Positions 50,201 to 64,000 are shown, counted from the first letter of the stretch. The stretch: 64,000 bases of DNA from Schmidtea nova (GCA_044892505.1 CM097882.1:309194001-309258000), one strand, 5' to 3'. Translations and numbers: made by a program. The notes: generated by a model not told the origin, from the sequence alone.

Positions 50201-51168
50201 GACAACGATCGATTTCTCTTGATTTTCTCCGCTTTTTCTGCTGTTAAATCTATGTCAACCCTTGTACAGTGTCTCAGGAAGTATGATTTCTCAATGGTTC
50301 CTGTTTTATATATGACTTAATCCTTTCTTGTCCTGATTTGTCCTTTTTCTCTTTGTTGGTTGTTGATTGGATTTCTTTGGAATCTAAATTACAATTAAAT
50401 CACTTCAACAATTCTTTTCGTTCGTGTTTAAGCTTTACGGGTCTTTACGGTTTCCTTTAAATTTTCCCATATCCCATTTCACTTGATTTTTAGTCTATTT
50501 AAATTATCTATTCAGTAGTAACAATTATCTATATAGTCACATCAATTATCTATAATTATACGATAACACCAATTAATATTTTCCTCACACCCCCCGTTTA
50601 TTTTAGCGTAATTCCGCTCTATTGGGTTTCTTACCCTTTTAACCAATTATCGTTTGGGGTTTCCCATTTTTCTCTCAGTTACTCAAGATTCTCTCCTACT
50701 TATAATACGCCTTATTTTCCTTAAACTCTGTTTTATTACATTATTTTACTCATTGGCCTATTAGCCTTAATCTCCTCATTTGTCTAATCGCTTCAAATCA
50801 CTTTATTTCTCTATTCCATTCTGTTTTATTCGTCTTGCTTTAATTTACTTTATCTACTTGGCTTCAGTGGACTTTAATTCACTTTATTCTCCTATTTTAT
50901 TCTACTCTATTCTCTATCTCACTTTATTCGTTTACTTTAATCTATTCTATTTACTCGTTTTAATTCACTTTATCTTCCTATCTTTGATTAATTTACTCAC
51001 TCACTCCAATTTACTTTATTCCGCGGTTCTCCATAATTTACTTTGGCGATATGTAATCAGTTACCTCTCAATCACATGATTCTCTAAAATTTCTTTTTAA
51101 CTATTCTCTGGTGTGCAATTCAATACTTTCTTCATGTGTTTCTCTTTTTAATCCGGATTATGATTCAC

Positions 51169-51248
51169 GATTGGCTCCCTCTGGCCTACAATAATTTATG
51201 ATTGGCTCCCTCTGGCCTACAATAATTTATGATTGGCTCCTTCTGGCC
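51169..51248. repeat. 31-bp tandem repeat (about 2.6 copies), each with ATTGG/CCAAT
   Basis: GATTGGCTCC starts at 51169, 51200 and 51231. Confidence 0.9.
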
Positions 51249-51376
51249 GAAAAATAATCTGGCTGCTAGTTTGGAAATGGGTGCTTCCCTACCCTCTTTG
51301 CTGGTCAGAGTCGGCTGCTAGTTTGAGTTGAAGTCGACATCCCTCTCTTTGCTCACCGACCAATATAATGTCCCAT

Positions 51377-51836
51377 CTGGACCCGAAAATTGCAGGGCAT
51401 TCCAGGATCGCTACAATTACATATGGACCAGAAGATTACAGGGCATTCCAGGATCGCTACAATTACATATGGACCAGAAAATTACAGGGCATTCCAGGAT
51501 CACTACAATTACATCTGGACCCGAAAATTACAGGGCATTCCAGGATCGCTAAAATTACATCTGGATCCGAAAATTACAGGGCATTCCAGGATCGCTAAAA
51601 TTACATCTGGACCCGTAAATAACAGGGCATTCCTGTATCGCTACAATTACATCTGGACCCGAAAATTACAAGGCATTCCAGGATCGCTACAATTACATAT
51701 GGACCAGAAAATTACAGGGCATTCCAGGATCACTACAATTACATCTGGACCCGAAAATTACAAGGCATTCCTGTATCGCTAAAATTACATCTGGACCCGA
51801 AAATTACAGGGCATTTCAGGATCGCTACAATTACAT
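51377..51836. repeat. 46-bp tandem repeat, 10 copies
   Basis: The unit CTGGACCCGAAAATTACAGGGCATTCCAGGATCGCTACAATTACAT starts every 46 nt from 51377 to 51791. Confidence 0.97.
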
Positions 51837-53429
51837 CTTGGGTCTATGTTTCAAAACATCTTAAATTTACGGTTAAAAATATCTATCTACTTACTATTAT
51901 CTTGTCTATATTACTAGTAACTTTATAAATTCTCGAGAGCTGATTACATATCCCAATTAATTCACTACGACGTCGTTTACTTTCCTCTATTTAATGCTAA
52001 CTTATCTCTTTTATTTTATAACGCTTCCTATCTCTGGCCAGTTGTTACATATTTACTTCTCTTCTTTTGGTTTTGTTTTATCGCGCCTATTATTCCCCTA
52101 GGTTTTCCTATTTCTCTCCCCAACCAAAAAGATATAACACTATCGCGTCAGTCCATCACTGCACAGCATGGTGATCAGTCATACCACAGAGACTTCCCGA
52201 CATCTGCGATGGGCACCTTCCTATTTTTCCCTGGTTAGTTTGATCTGTCACTTTACCCATGGGATTCCTAAAGTACTACTTGAAAGTATCTCAAAAGTAT
52301 TATTTTGTCATTTACACACATTTTCACATCTCGCTTTTCTCTCTCGACAGTGGTGAATGCCCGAAAACCGGTCAGTAGTTCCATCCCATTTAATAATAAA
52401 TCTCCATCTTTTATTATCTCATCATACCCCTTTCTCCCGTATTTACTCTCTGTGTTAACATTTATCCCCCGATCTTTTTTCTTTAGGCGTATATTTCCCT
52501 TTTGTCGATGTTGCTTTCTATCCCTTTATTAGTTTATCTGTCGCGATTATCCAACCCCCGTCTCTTTTATCCCTTTGCTTTCTTTCGTCCCTTTGTATTA
52601 TTGTTTTTATTTATCCCTTTGTATTTTAATTGTTTGTCCCTATCTATTGTTTTTAACTTATTGATTGTATTACCTCCTATTCCTAACTACTTTCGCCCCC
52701 GTTTTTAGTTCCAATTTTTAACTTATTCCGTTTTTAGTCTTATTCTTTTTGTTTTTTTATTTTTTTATTGTTTCTATACACGCAAGTCCTATTTAATGAT
52801 TTATCTTCAGTAGCAGACAGTGTCAGGTCTGGATCCATATGAGTTATCGCGCGTTTTTTGATGCCATTTTTAAAGTGTGTTTTGTTTAAATGTTTGGAAT
52901 TTTTATTATTTTTTTTTATTAATTAATTAATTAATTTTTTTTAATTTAAATTAAATTTTTATTAATTAATTTTTTTTAATTAGTTTTTTTTTATATATTA
53001 TTAATTTACTTTTGTTAGTATAAGTTATTATTGATATTATAATTTTTGAAATACTTCAATGATAAACGTTCAATGAAAGCACTACTCAAAATATTATAAG
53101 CAAATAACAAAATGAGACAATTCTGCACAACAAAAAAAATTACATGGTGAAATACGATAAATATTAAACTAATTATTTATTACAATTATTATTATTATTA
53201 ATATTAATATTATTTCTATGACATAACCACAGTTTCTAAAAACTATTACCCAAATTATAAAAACAGACTGAAACTAATCTGTGCAATATATAACTAAATA
53301 AATGAAAAAACAAAGTTTTTCAACAAAATTTATTTAAATAAAACTGTTTCTTCTTCAGTTTGATCTTGAAATTGTTGATCTGGATTGATTCTTGGATCGG
53401 TATGTTGAAATATAACCAAGTCACCTCCC

Positions 53430-56400
53430 ATATAATGGTCATATGCCAAGCTTTTATTTTTCGCAACCCATTTCCTTTTATCATCTGCATTTGTCAGTGT
53501 AGTCTTTCATTTTTAATAGTAAAATGTTGGTGATTTTTACTTGTGATTCTCGTTTGAGGAACAGAAAATATTTGGTTATTATTAAAACAGTCCAGGTACG
53601 ACTGATGCTTTATGTCAGTATCCGATAATGTTGCCCCTTTAGCTTTATTAGTTTCCTCGTCACCTAAAAGACTATAACATTTAGGTCTAAGAAACACCCA
53701 CTCCTCGTATTTAAGCCCTTTATTCTCGTCTTTGAATTTGCCAATGACAGAATCAAGGTTCCTACTATATAATGGGTGATTCGGATCATAATTAGAAGTG
53801 TCAAGTAAGTTATCTCTTATCATGACCGGTAAAAGAATATCAAGCTTACAATTTCTAATCTCAAGAAATAATGAATCAGTGTCACCAGCTACGATGTTGA
53901 TTTCGCAGTTGAATTCGTTACGATATTTTTGTAACTCTTCATACTGCAGCTGGTACATTCTAAGTTTAGATAGATCCAGTACAGTTTGACCAATGTAACT
54001 GGGTCTATCCAAACACACCGAATCTTTATTCAGTAAGATGGCAACCAAATCATCGTCAATTTCGAAAGTCCTTTTGAAAGTTGGCTTAGAAGTATATGTA
54101 ATCAGCCTAGCAGCCGAATTACATAATCTTAAATATATGCGCTTTTTAAGATTCTCTACGGTTTTACCGTAGAGACTATTATTTAATAATTTATAATAAT
54201 TTTTACCCAGAGCATTACTTGATTCTGCTCTAAGTCTGGTATTGGTATCGATGTAATCCTTAAAAATACATGCTTGTTTAAATTTAATTGCCCTATGGAC
54301 ATGATTTATTTTTACTCCAAGAGAAAGAAAAAGTTTGAGAAGTCTCCAATGAAGAACATAGTTCTTCTTGGGATAATGCGTAAGCATCAACTTCTCAACC
54401 TTTGAGCCAGGTGGACACATCTTTTCAGCGGCAACTGGCAAATCATCCAGCTTGTCGTGAATCGAATCAGGAATTTCTAAATCGACTTTTAATGTAAATC
54501 CAATTGTTAATACTTCTAAATCAACAGATTCACAGTAATAAATTAATTTATTTAATTTTTCCCTATCAGTTACCCATTTAAATTCTTTATAAGGTAGTTT
54601 TTGGCCTAAGGCCCACCCATATAAATTATTTATATCTTTATAAAGAAGCTCAGTGTCGTCGGAGGATACTACATGGTGTTTGTTAACAAATGCTAACCCA
54701 CCACGGATCTCCTTTCAAAAAATTATACATCTCCATATCTTGAAGCAATTCAATTGGAGATTTCAAAGTCATCAAAGCGGAATTCCATGACATGCCTGGA
54801 ATTCCCAAGAAATTAAGAGGCTCAAGTCGGTTATGTGTAATGGAATTTGCCCTAAATTGCTGAAAAAAGTCGGCAAGTAAGAAAACATCCAATTTCAGAT
54901 ATAGCATCATATAATCAAACAATGTTTCACAATTAAATTCATCCCATATCTGTTGAGCTTTTTCATACTCGTCAATATTAACTCCCTTCTAAATCGGTGG
55001 CAACTCGTATGTATTTTGTAAAACCTCTAAAGATGTTGCAAAATTATATGGGAATATGCCTTTGGAAGTAATAATAGTCCCTATAAATTCGGATGAAGTA
55101 AGAGGAAAATCTGTTAAAGTCTTTACAGCATCGTTTAAGTTACAGCTTACAAATTGGCAAGAATCGATAAATTTAATAGTTAAACTATCGACTCTTGCAT
55201 ATAAAGTCAAAAACTTTTCACTTGTAGTAGGAATACAACTTATATCCCATTTAACGAATTTATTTAAACCATACTTGAGGATATGATGCAAATCATATCC
55301 GCGTAAATTATGAAATATGACTGGCATGATGAATCTTATTTGCCGAGAAAAATTGCATTCAGAGGAAGCCGCACCCAAGTATTTACCTGTATAATGGTCA
55401 TGATCTTTAACCGGATTTTTCAAAGGTTTATTACACAAATAACAAATTATAGAACTACGAAATGATCTTATTTGTGCAGGGTAAAGATATTCCATTTTCT
55501 TTTTGGAATTATTTATAAAGTAAGGTAAAACTACTTTTTCTCCTATATCATTGATTTCGGTCAAAACCTCTTCTACACAGTTAAGACAATAAAACCTTTT
55601 ATACGATTTTTCGTCAGTAAAGTTATTAATAAGCAACAAGCCAGCAGAGATAGGCAAGTGACGTTGAAAATACTTATCGTCCTTGGGTAAAACAGCCTCA
55701 AAATCAGCATATACAACAAAAGGAGGGGTAACAATCTTTGACCAATCTTTAATTCCAAGTTCTTATCTGAAGGTAAAGTGTATAAAGTTGTACCTAACTG
55801 GTTTTTTATGCATAAAGCATGATGTTTCTCAAAAGCTTCAGTCAATCTAAAACCATTCAAGCAACGCTCGCACCAAGTGCACCCTATTTAAACATCAGTA
55901 ACAGAAAGAGTGTCACAATTCAAAAGTCTTTTAATATTGGTAACTGCAATATAATGAAAAGAATCATTTTCCTCTAACAAAATCAAATTAATTGGAGTGC
56001 CACCTACAACCTTTGACCTATGAATAATATCTACAAATGGATGTTTCATGACTTCCTCCTCCTCATTAATATTATTTAGATAATACTCGTCATATAAAAG
56101 GATATTTATAGCCAGTCCAGGGTTTTCGCTTCAAATTTGGGGATATTACATAATTTCATTGGAAAATCAGAAGGCTCAAACACAAGGTTTGAGGGATTAT
56201 AATTATAAGACTTACTTCTATTAGATTTCACATCCTTGTATTTTAAAATTGCCAAAATACTATATAAAACACAATTTATCTGTATTCTTTACATTGACAC
56301 TGCAATGTTTTGCCTTTAATGATGGTGGGGTTGAACAAGAACCGTGACCACTCAATCTACTTATTTGGGAATATTTTGTAAGTTTAAAGCTTATTTCTTT

Positions 56401-56960
56401 AATTTTATTAATTGACCAATTGCTGCCATTTTCACAGACTTTAGTCATTTTTTCACTTAATAGAGCATTATCTTCATCTAAAAAGGTATCACTCATTGGC
56501 TTTGCAAAATTTGATATTATAAAAGATTGAAATTCCCCAGTTTTTTCAAATTCTACATCAATGCAAAATTGTACTTTTACATATCCCATTTTGGAAATAA
56601 CTGAATTAAATTTATTTAATAAAGGCGAAGGAATAATTAATTAATTTAAATTTAAAGAATTCACATCCATTTAACACTGGCATGCAATTTTTTCAAATTA
56701 AATTTAATCAAAGGTTCAACAGAACCGCCATATTGGACAACATGTAAATTAGGAATAACTAAAACATCGTCATTTGGTGAATGGACATCTTCATCATCGG
56801 ATATTACAATTATTTTAGCCGGTTTAGGACAAACAGTAACATTTCGTCGTTTACTTTTATTAATTAATGTGAAAAGACTTTTCTTAGTACATAAGAATTG
56901 ATTTAAATGGAGATAATGTTGGAAATAAAAATCAATGTAATTTATATGTTGGGCCTTCTC
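53430..56960 (-). pseudogene. polB: Polinton/adintovirus-type family B DNA polymerase region, multiply frameshifted
   Basis: YKLLNNSLYGKT, VAGDTDSLF, LRPKCYS, KAKG, DDKRKW...LAYDHY, YLKLDVFLLAD, FHNLRGYDLH, IKFIDS and an endonuclease-VII-like CYLC...DHDHYTGKYLGAA...CN segment. Confidence 0.88.
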
Positions 56961-57425
56961 GTAGATTGCATACATGGTATCTAAACAAACCTTAAATATA
57001 CCCAATAGCAGAAATATTGACAATATAAATACCCCAATAACTAACTATAATAACCACATTATAACTTATCAGAATTATATCCCCCTTACACTAGACCAAT
57101 TACCTCGATCTCAAAACAAACTCCCTTTAAACCTACTACATCTCACCCTATTAATACCCAAAATCAACCTAGTACCTCTAAAAAATATGCCCATTTATGC
57201 CATGCCAGTGGGACTAGAGATGAAAACGGTATAACATTACTGCCATCATCACTCTCCTCTCAATCAAAATATGAAGACAGAAAATCACAAGACAACAAAT
57301 GCCAAAGCCAAAAAATCGACAATAAAATCGAAACTGAATACTATCAACGGCTTCAAATTGCAAACAAAAACAGATTTTATATACTGGCCCAAACATCCTC
57401 AGACCAACATAATAAAACACACAAA

Positions 57426-60400
57426 ATGTCACAACCAAAAAAGAAAATTAATGATACCGAAGAGCTACCACAAGAATACTTCCAAAATAATATATATGTT
57501 CAAAATAATCGAAAATCCTCAAAAAAATACTATTTCTCCCAGAAATATTTCCATAACACCCAAAATATTAAAATATCGTTAAACGAAAACAGAATAAAAA
57601 AACTGAAAAACCAACTCCGGACCCTAAAGTCACAAAACGAAACAAGAAAAAGTCAAATCAAAGAGAACCTTAAAGAATACACCACAATAATAAAAGACTT
57701 AAACTCAGTCCTAAACAAAAAAATTGAGATTTCAACATCTGAGCCATCCTATAATCCACTACCAGACGAAATACCAATCTCACAAAACTACCAAGTAGAC
57801 CTAGATTATGAATCATCAAATGAACCAACAACAGAAAAGAAATCAACAGGAAAAATAATTGATGAAAAGATCCAAGAAATAAAAAATCAATCACCGACAT
57901 CTGACAACAACTATATCAGTAAAAATGATATGGACTACATTGACTCTAGTGAAGAAATTGCAAGCAACCTAGAAGTCAAAAATCTCAAGCAAACAATGAT
58001 CGTAAAAGATATTTTTAAACATACACTAATTGGACCACCCTTATCAATACCGGAAAGAGAAACGAATAATGCTCAAGATCAAACACTCCTAACAAGTAAA
58101 ACAATAATGGATGATACAAATAAACCTATCCAATACCTGTTCCAAGAACCACAAAACTCCAACACTCAACGGGAAACGTCACAACCAATAACCAGACCCA
58201 CAAATATTATAAAACAAATTACACTCAAACAAATTGAAGAACCAATATTCAGCTATACAAAGGAAAGATATCTTAGCTGCCTCCAAAAATCATGTCATGT
58301 TAAACGAATTGGGGCAGACAGAACGGAGGATCAGAAAAAACACCTTCAAAAACATAAAAAGAAAATATCAGACCGAACAACAGTGAAATGCAACTGGTGC
58401 ACAGAAAAACTTACCATTATACCATTAAAAGAACTACTAACCCACATCATTATACATCCAGAAGCAACCCCTGTTCAAGCTAGAGAAACAATTGAAGAGA
58501 GGAAAAAGCACCTATTCCTATCGATTAATCAAGAAGGCACTATCCTATGCAACACAAACAACTCAACAAACTGTCAAAATCGTCTTACAATACACTCGAA
58601 AACAGAAGAAATCATAAAACATATTAATTCGAAACACAAAAAGAAAATATGTGATCCGACAAAAATAACATGCTACTGTAACGAAATTATCGACCACCAC
58701 AACATTATCAAACATTTCAACATACACAATGGACTGCTCCCAGAACGAACAGACTACCCGGAAATCCCAGATGACTTTCCCGTCTCCGAATCGGACATTG
58801 GATCTAACTGACTAGACCAACATCAAATATCTTTATACCTACACCTTAAATCCTGCACGAAGAGTACCATAATCATTGACGGTTATACTGGCATGGCACT
58901 AATTGACAGACGTTTTAGAACCTTCTTCAACACTTTCCCTTTCAAGAGATACTCTGATTGGAATGAAATTCTTTGGCCCTTAAATCCCTCTCCTAGACTC
59001 TGGATCATATTTTACCTAAATAAAAATCAAAATATTGCAACCATTATTGACCCAACATCATCCAATAGCATTACCAAACACAATAATATTTTCACTTTTA
59101 TTCTAGATACAATTATTAATTTTCATAATGTTATTAGCCCTCTCAAAATATGCCCAAAAGAATTCATATACCCTCTCTGTGACAATCTTAATGACTCTGG
59201 CTTCTTCATCTGTAGTATAATAAAAGACATTATATTCAACTTTCAAATAACAACACCAATAATATCATCTATTAGAAATAGCCTTGATGGAGAAATAAAA
59301 ATTTTTTTAAATAAACGTAAGCCCATAAATGACATATCAAAATATAATGATAGAATAAAAAACTTAACTTGCCTACAAAATAATGACTGTGAAACTCCTG
59401 ACTATTGCTTAACAGAAATATCAAAAATACATGAATGTTGTCTCGCCAAAATAAACACCAATAAATCTAAAATAACACCTAGAATACCTATAAATAAAAA
59501 CAAAATTAAAAATAAAAATCAACTTCAATTTGCCCTTAGGAAAATATACGAAACTAGAACAAAAAAACAATTGACAATATCCTAAACAACAAAATTAAAA
59601 CAAACAACCCACCAAACGACTCAATAGAAAAACACTTTAAAATACCAAAAAATATGTCAATAACATAAACTTTAAATACGACCCCCCCATCTAACTGAAG
59701 ACAAAATTATAAAATTGATAAAAATTATTGATGTAAGTAAAACCCTTAAAATACTTAACAAAAGATCTGCACCAGGAAATGATAAAATAACATATAAAGA
59801 CTGGGAAAAATTTAATCCTGATCACTCTTTTTTAACTGTCATCTTCAATAATATCTTACGAAATAAAATCATCCCCACGTCATGGAAAACTTTTAAAACT
59901 ATACTAATAATTAAACCTGACAAGGAAAGCCTTAGTTTTGATATAAGCTCTAGGAGACCCATAGCAGTTCTTGATACCTCCTATAGAATCTTCTCCTCTA
60001 TTATTAACTATAGACTTTTTGAATGGATTAATGAGGGGAACCTAATATGTAAAAACCAAAAGGCAATAGGTATCCCGGATGGCTGTTCTGAACATAATAC
60101 AGTTCTAACCCTAATAAAAGAACGCGCAATTAGGAATAATGCAGACATAAATATAATATGGCTCGATCTTGCTGACGCATTCGGTAGCATCCCACACGAT
60201 TTACTTTGGATAACTCTTTCAAAAATAGGGATTAATAATAACACACTTCAACTAATTAAAAATTTATACACCAATGTACAAACATATTATGACTGTAATG
60301 GTTCAATATCAGATAAGGTAGAAATACACAACGGTGTTAAACAAGGGTGCCCAATGTCAATGACACTCTTTTGTCTAGCCATTGATTTTATTCTAAAAAA

Positions 60401-61107
60401 CATTCTCAAAGACTATCCTTACAAAATCAACGAATATAATGTCAGCATACTCGCGTATGCTGATGACATTGTGATTATATCAGAATCCAGAGAAACCATA
60501 AAATCTATGTTAAATAAAATTATAAAGTATGCAAACATCGCCAAAATCACTTTTAAACCAAAGAAATGTGGCTACTTTCAATTGAAAAAAAATCATAATG
60601 ACAAACGAATTAAAATATATAATGAAAATATCCCAATCATTACTGAAGAAAACCTTTATAAATACCTAGGTGTCAATTTCGGAGAAAGAGGTAAACATAA
60701 CATTGATAAACTCCTTGATACTGCTATAATTGATACAGAAAAAATCTTTAACTCAGACCTACATCCGGCCCAAAAACTCCATGCATACAAAACTTTCATC
60801 CACTCGCGTTTTATCTTCTTCTTTCGAAACTGTCACATTAACCATATGCTTCTTGATAGTAGTAGGAAAAAAGTAGTACAAAATAGAGACAAACAACTAG
60901 GTTACGACCAAAATATTAAAAAACTCATTAAAATTATGATACAAGACATCCACCTAAACTTAAATAATAACTTCATCTACACTACCTGTAAACAAGGAGG
61001 CCTAGGAATAACCTCAACTATAGACGAATACCTTATCCAATCAATAACCCATATGATTAGGATACTTAACTCTAAAGATACCCATATGAAAAATTTCATA
61101 ATAGGAG
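57426..61107 (+). mobile_element. NeSL/R2-group non-LTR retrotransposon (zinc fingers, Ulp1-like domain, RT), broken and interrupted by copy F
   Basis: CNWC...HIIIH and CYC...HFNIH fingers, then *LDQHQISLYL and a Ulp1-like region. RT motifs APGNDKI, RPIAV, WLDLADAFGSIPH, GVKQGCPMS, YADD and YKYLGV. The endonuclease domain is not in the window. Confidence 0.85.
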
Positions 61108-61583
61108 TGCTGGGTTCATGGATGGTGTAGTAAACATTCAAATGATTGCCAGGGATCTCCCATCCATGATCATGCATAAATAGTCGTAAGCTACACTCGA
61201 GCGCCCTTGATTATTTCCCTTGATAACCAAGTTGGTGATGCGCAGGGTGGTTAAACAATGAGGGGCAGGTGAGCACTATTGCTAGGACTACTCCCCCTTT
61301 ATGTTTACGGGTTCACGCGGCCGTAGAAGGACTTACGCAATTATTGTTCTATTGTGTGTGTGTGTGATGTTATGTATTTATCATAACAAAAAAAAACAAG
61401 CAAGCAAAACGAAACTACGAATTTGATAATATTTAAATTCTTTATCGCTACTCCTTTCGTTGTGTGACGGGTAATTTAATTATATGAATTAGGTAATCGA
61501 AGGAAATACTTAGGAAATAACAACAACAACAAAAACGAACAAAGATTTAATTAACTCCAAAATCTGACATCATATTCTATCTG

Positions 61584-62174
61584 CTACAGAAATTCTTTGA
61601 AAATTCCTTCAGGAGGGAATATCTCTGATAACCACTCGGCTTCCGACATTTCTGCCATAGTGGTTACTTGTGCTTGCAGCTGCTGAGAGAACAGCTTTCT
61701 TTGGCGACGGCGCTTGGAACCGATTCGCTTTCGCTTGTTCGTTTTCCCGACGGGGTTTGGCGTAATGGCGGCTTTCACCCGGCTCTGCACTGTGGTTGCT
61801 TCGAGCCCATCGGTATCTGTACTGACCGAGCAGGCCACTTTCTGTTCTCCTACCCATTTCTGGTAGGTGATGGGTCGGATTTGTGCTTTCAATTCGGACT
61901 CGATAAATGAAGTCGTCACCGAATGGAGACATCGGCGCAACTCAATTTTTGTTGCTTCCCATTCGGTGCGATAATCGTCAGCTGTCTTTTAAGCCCTTTC
62001 CGTCCGACTCATCTGCTCCTTCATACGGGCTGGGGCGAACCAGCTGGTCCGTAAATACTGAATCTGAGCTTCTGCCTTGGCTCGTAATGCTTTTTCCTGA
62101 TTTAGCTCTTTTTCTAAGGCTCGGCGGATCCTCCACGCCTTGTCCAATTCTCGCTGTTGGCTAGTTTCCGTCAT
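61584..62174 (-). pseudogene. Copy F ORF B, one frameshift near 61990
   Basis: QRELDKAWRIRR...WFAPARMKEQ, then LRRCLHSVTTSFIESELKAQIRPITYQKW...KRKRIGSKRRRQRKLF. Confidence 0.82.
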
Positions 62175-62357
62175 ACTAAATAACAAACCCATTTTATGAT
62201 GCAGCAATTATGTTACCAACGATTAATATTATCCGTCGAGTGTAAAAATTATAGGATTAAATAAATAGAAATACATTTAACTAAGAACAAGCAAAACACA
62301 GATCAACACCATTTAATTTATAGAAACATTTAGTTCATAGTAATGTGAATAGAATTT

Positions 62358-62858
62358 TTAGTGGCAAACGCTTCGCTTGAGGCCGTGAACGGGGGTAATA
62401 TGTAACCCGTGATTGACTGGATCTCGTCGGATGTGAGCCATCGAACAGTTTAGTTTGGGGCGTCCATGGTCCGCTTTCGGCAAGTGGTTCGGAATCAAAC
62501 CGAATTGAAGCAGCATGTGGGGCGAGACGTATCCCAAGTGGATTACTGTCGTTGGGTTGCCTGCGATGTCCGTCAACACTATGATGAATCGAGCTGTCGT
62601 TTCGGGGTCTCTTTCGTCTGAATTTTTCCATCCGGGGCCTCCTCGATATATGATGGTATCTAATCCACCGGTCCAAATCGAAAATGGACATTTTTTTCCC
62701 AGTTCCCGTCTCCACTTGTACATCAACGCATTTAGCGTTCTTAGAAGTTCCTGTGGAAGCGACTTCAATTTCTTCTGTTGCGTCCGGATTAGAGGATTTT
62801 CGTCCCGTGCCACACGACGTTGGGTTGTTAGAAATTCATCCAGTATCGTTGATTTCAT
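62358..62858 (-). CDS. Copy F ORF A, 166 aa, intact
   Basis: LKSLPQELLRTLNALMYKWRRELGKKCPFSIWTGGLDTIIYRGGPGW aligns with copy A. Confidence 0.8.
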   Translation of the reverse strand: MKSTILDEFLTTQRRVARDENPLIRTQQKKLKSLPQELLRTLNALMYKWRRELGKKCPFSIWTGGLDTIIYRGGPGWKNSDERDPETTARFIIVLTDIAGNPTTVIHLGYVSPHMLLQFGLIPNHLPKADHGRPKLNCSMAHIRRDPVNHGLHITPVHGLKRSVCH

Positions 62859-64000
62859 CTGAGAAAATAATAATGCTAATAAAATTTACTGTGACGAATC
62901 CGCAAATTTTGGTGAGACCTGATGAAATGTGCTCCTCTCGTTGATCAACAAAACAAAAAAAATATGAAAAGGAGGAATAAAAAAAATTTTCTAAGCTATT
63001 CAATTAACACCGTCGCTATATACAGCGATCGGGATACGTTTATTAAAAATTTACATATTATCACCTGCGCTATTTACAGCGATCAGGTTACGGTTTTACT
63101 TATTCAATCAGTAGTGTCAATCTGATTATGTTGTTATTTATATCTTAATTAAAACTATCGTTGAAATGTCGAAATCGTCTCGGTGTGTCCGGACATTATT
63201 TCGATCAGCTATGTGGATTCGAAAAATCGTGTGCATATGCTAAATCGATTTAGTTGACATGATAATTGATACTGTAGTTTATTCTCCCCTGTCTGATCGA
63301 ACGTTAATTAACTAATGTTAAACACTGTCTACTAATTTTACCCGTGTCCTTGTCCCTGTACAACTTTACCGTAAAGTTAAACCTCTGATAAAAATTAAAT
63401 TAAATAAAAAATACCAATAGAAACTCTGCTCACCATCTTGTGGAACGGTGAAATCCCACATTTACGGCTTACTCCCTCGCAGCGTGAGCTACTGAGGAAG
63501 TATATTTATCATATCATAAACTAATAGCATAAGAAAATAGAGCAATTAATAGTAATAAATTATATTAAATGAAATGAATGGGAATCATGTAAAACATATC
63601 ATAAAATTAGTTCAAATACAATACAACAAAATTTACTATTTAAATCCAAGATGCAGCGTTTCCAAAATTTTACACAATATTTGTCGTATCAAAGTTGATG
63701 TAACTGACTGTTATAGATCAGTTCGGTAGCTAAGTTTTTAGGTGGTGTCTTTATGATTTTTGGATCGGTATTTATACTGATCCAGTTGGTCAGATTGACC
63801 AATCAGGATCAGGCCGTCCATCAAAGTAATTTTGTTATTTTATTTTAATATAAACCATTTTAAATTTCCGGTTCAGATTTCTCGCTGGGTGGTCCCGATT
63901 TTTTCAAGTAATTAACCAATTAATTGTACTTTTATTTGATTTTATTTGTAATTTTCTTATTTCAGACCCCCATACTGCTCGTTCCCGTGTCAATTTGATT

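Larger units (their letters stand above)
61108..64000 (-). mobile_element. Copy F of the family; promoter end runs off the window
   Basis: It starts TGCTGGGTTCATGG at 61108, directly after RT-coding sequence, and is colinear with copy A through the promoter at 63769-63803. Confidence 0.85.

Noticed and set aside
51377-51836. 46-bp repeats as a CRISPR array
   Set aside because: The units are head-to-tail with no unique spacers, there are no cas genes, and the context is eukaryotic.
59560-59715. Programmed frameshifting in the NeSL-like ORF, the hAT and copy C
   Set aside because: The shifts fall in homopolymer runs, so sequencing error or decay is simpler; raw reads would decide.

Overview
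AT-rich eukaryotic DNA with very short introns (41-44 nt), consistent with a compact-intron invertebrate or parasite; the taxon cannot be fixed from sequence alone. There is one N-gap at 25570-25755. The only complete host gene I can build is HDDC3/MESH1 (+). Its exons 1-3 lie at 5221-5549 and exon 4 at 48682-48968, so intron 3 is about 43 kb and filled with mobile DNA. Recognisable elements are Ty3/Gypsy gag pieces, two hAT elements, a Merlin, a Polinton/adintovirus-type polB relic, a NeSL-like non-LTR element, and a PGGT1B-RRM1 chimeric pseudogene. The most unusual content is a family of about 2.8-3.7 kb units with TG...CA ends and 4-bp target duplications, present as about 10 diverged copies or fragments. 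They encode no RT, integrase or transposase. They carry two conserved unrecognised ORFs, a CCAAT/TATA promoter with near-fixed spacing, covarying leader hairpins, and a covarying terminal RNA structure that appears to fold on the strand opposite the ORFs. All alignments and foldings were done by eye.
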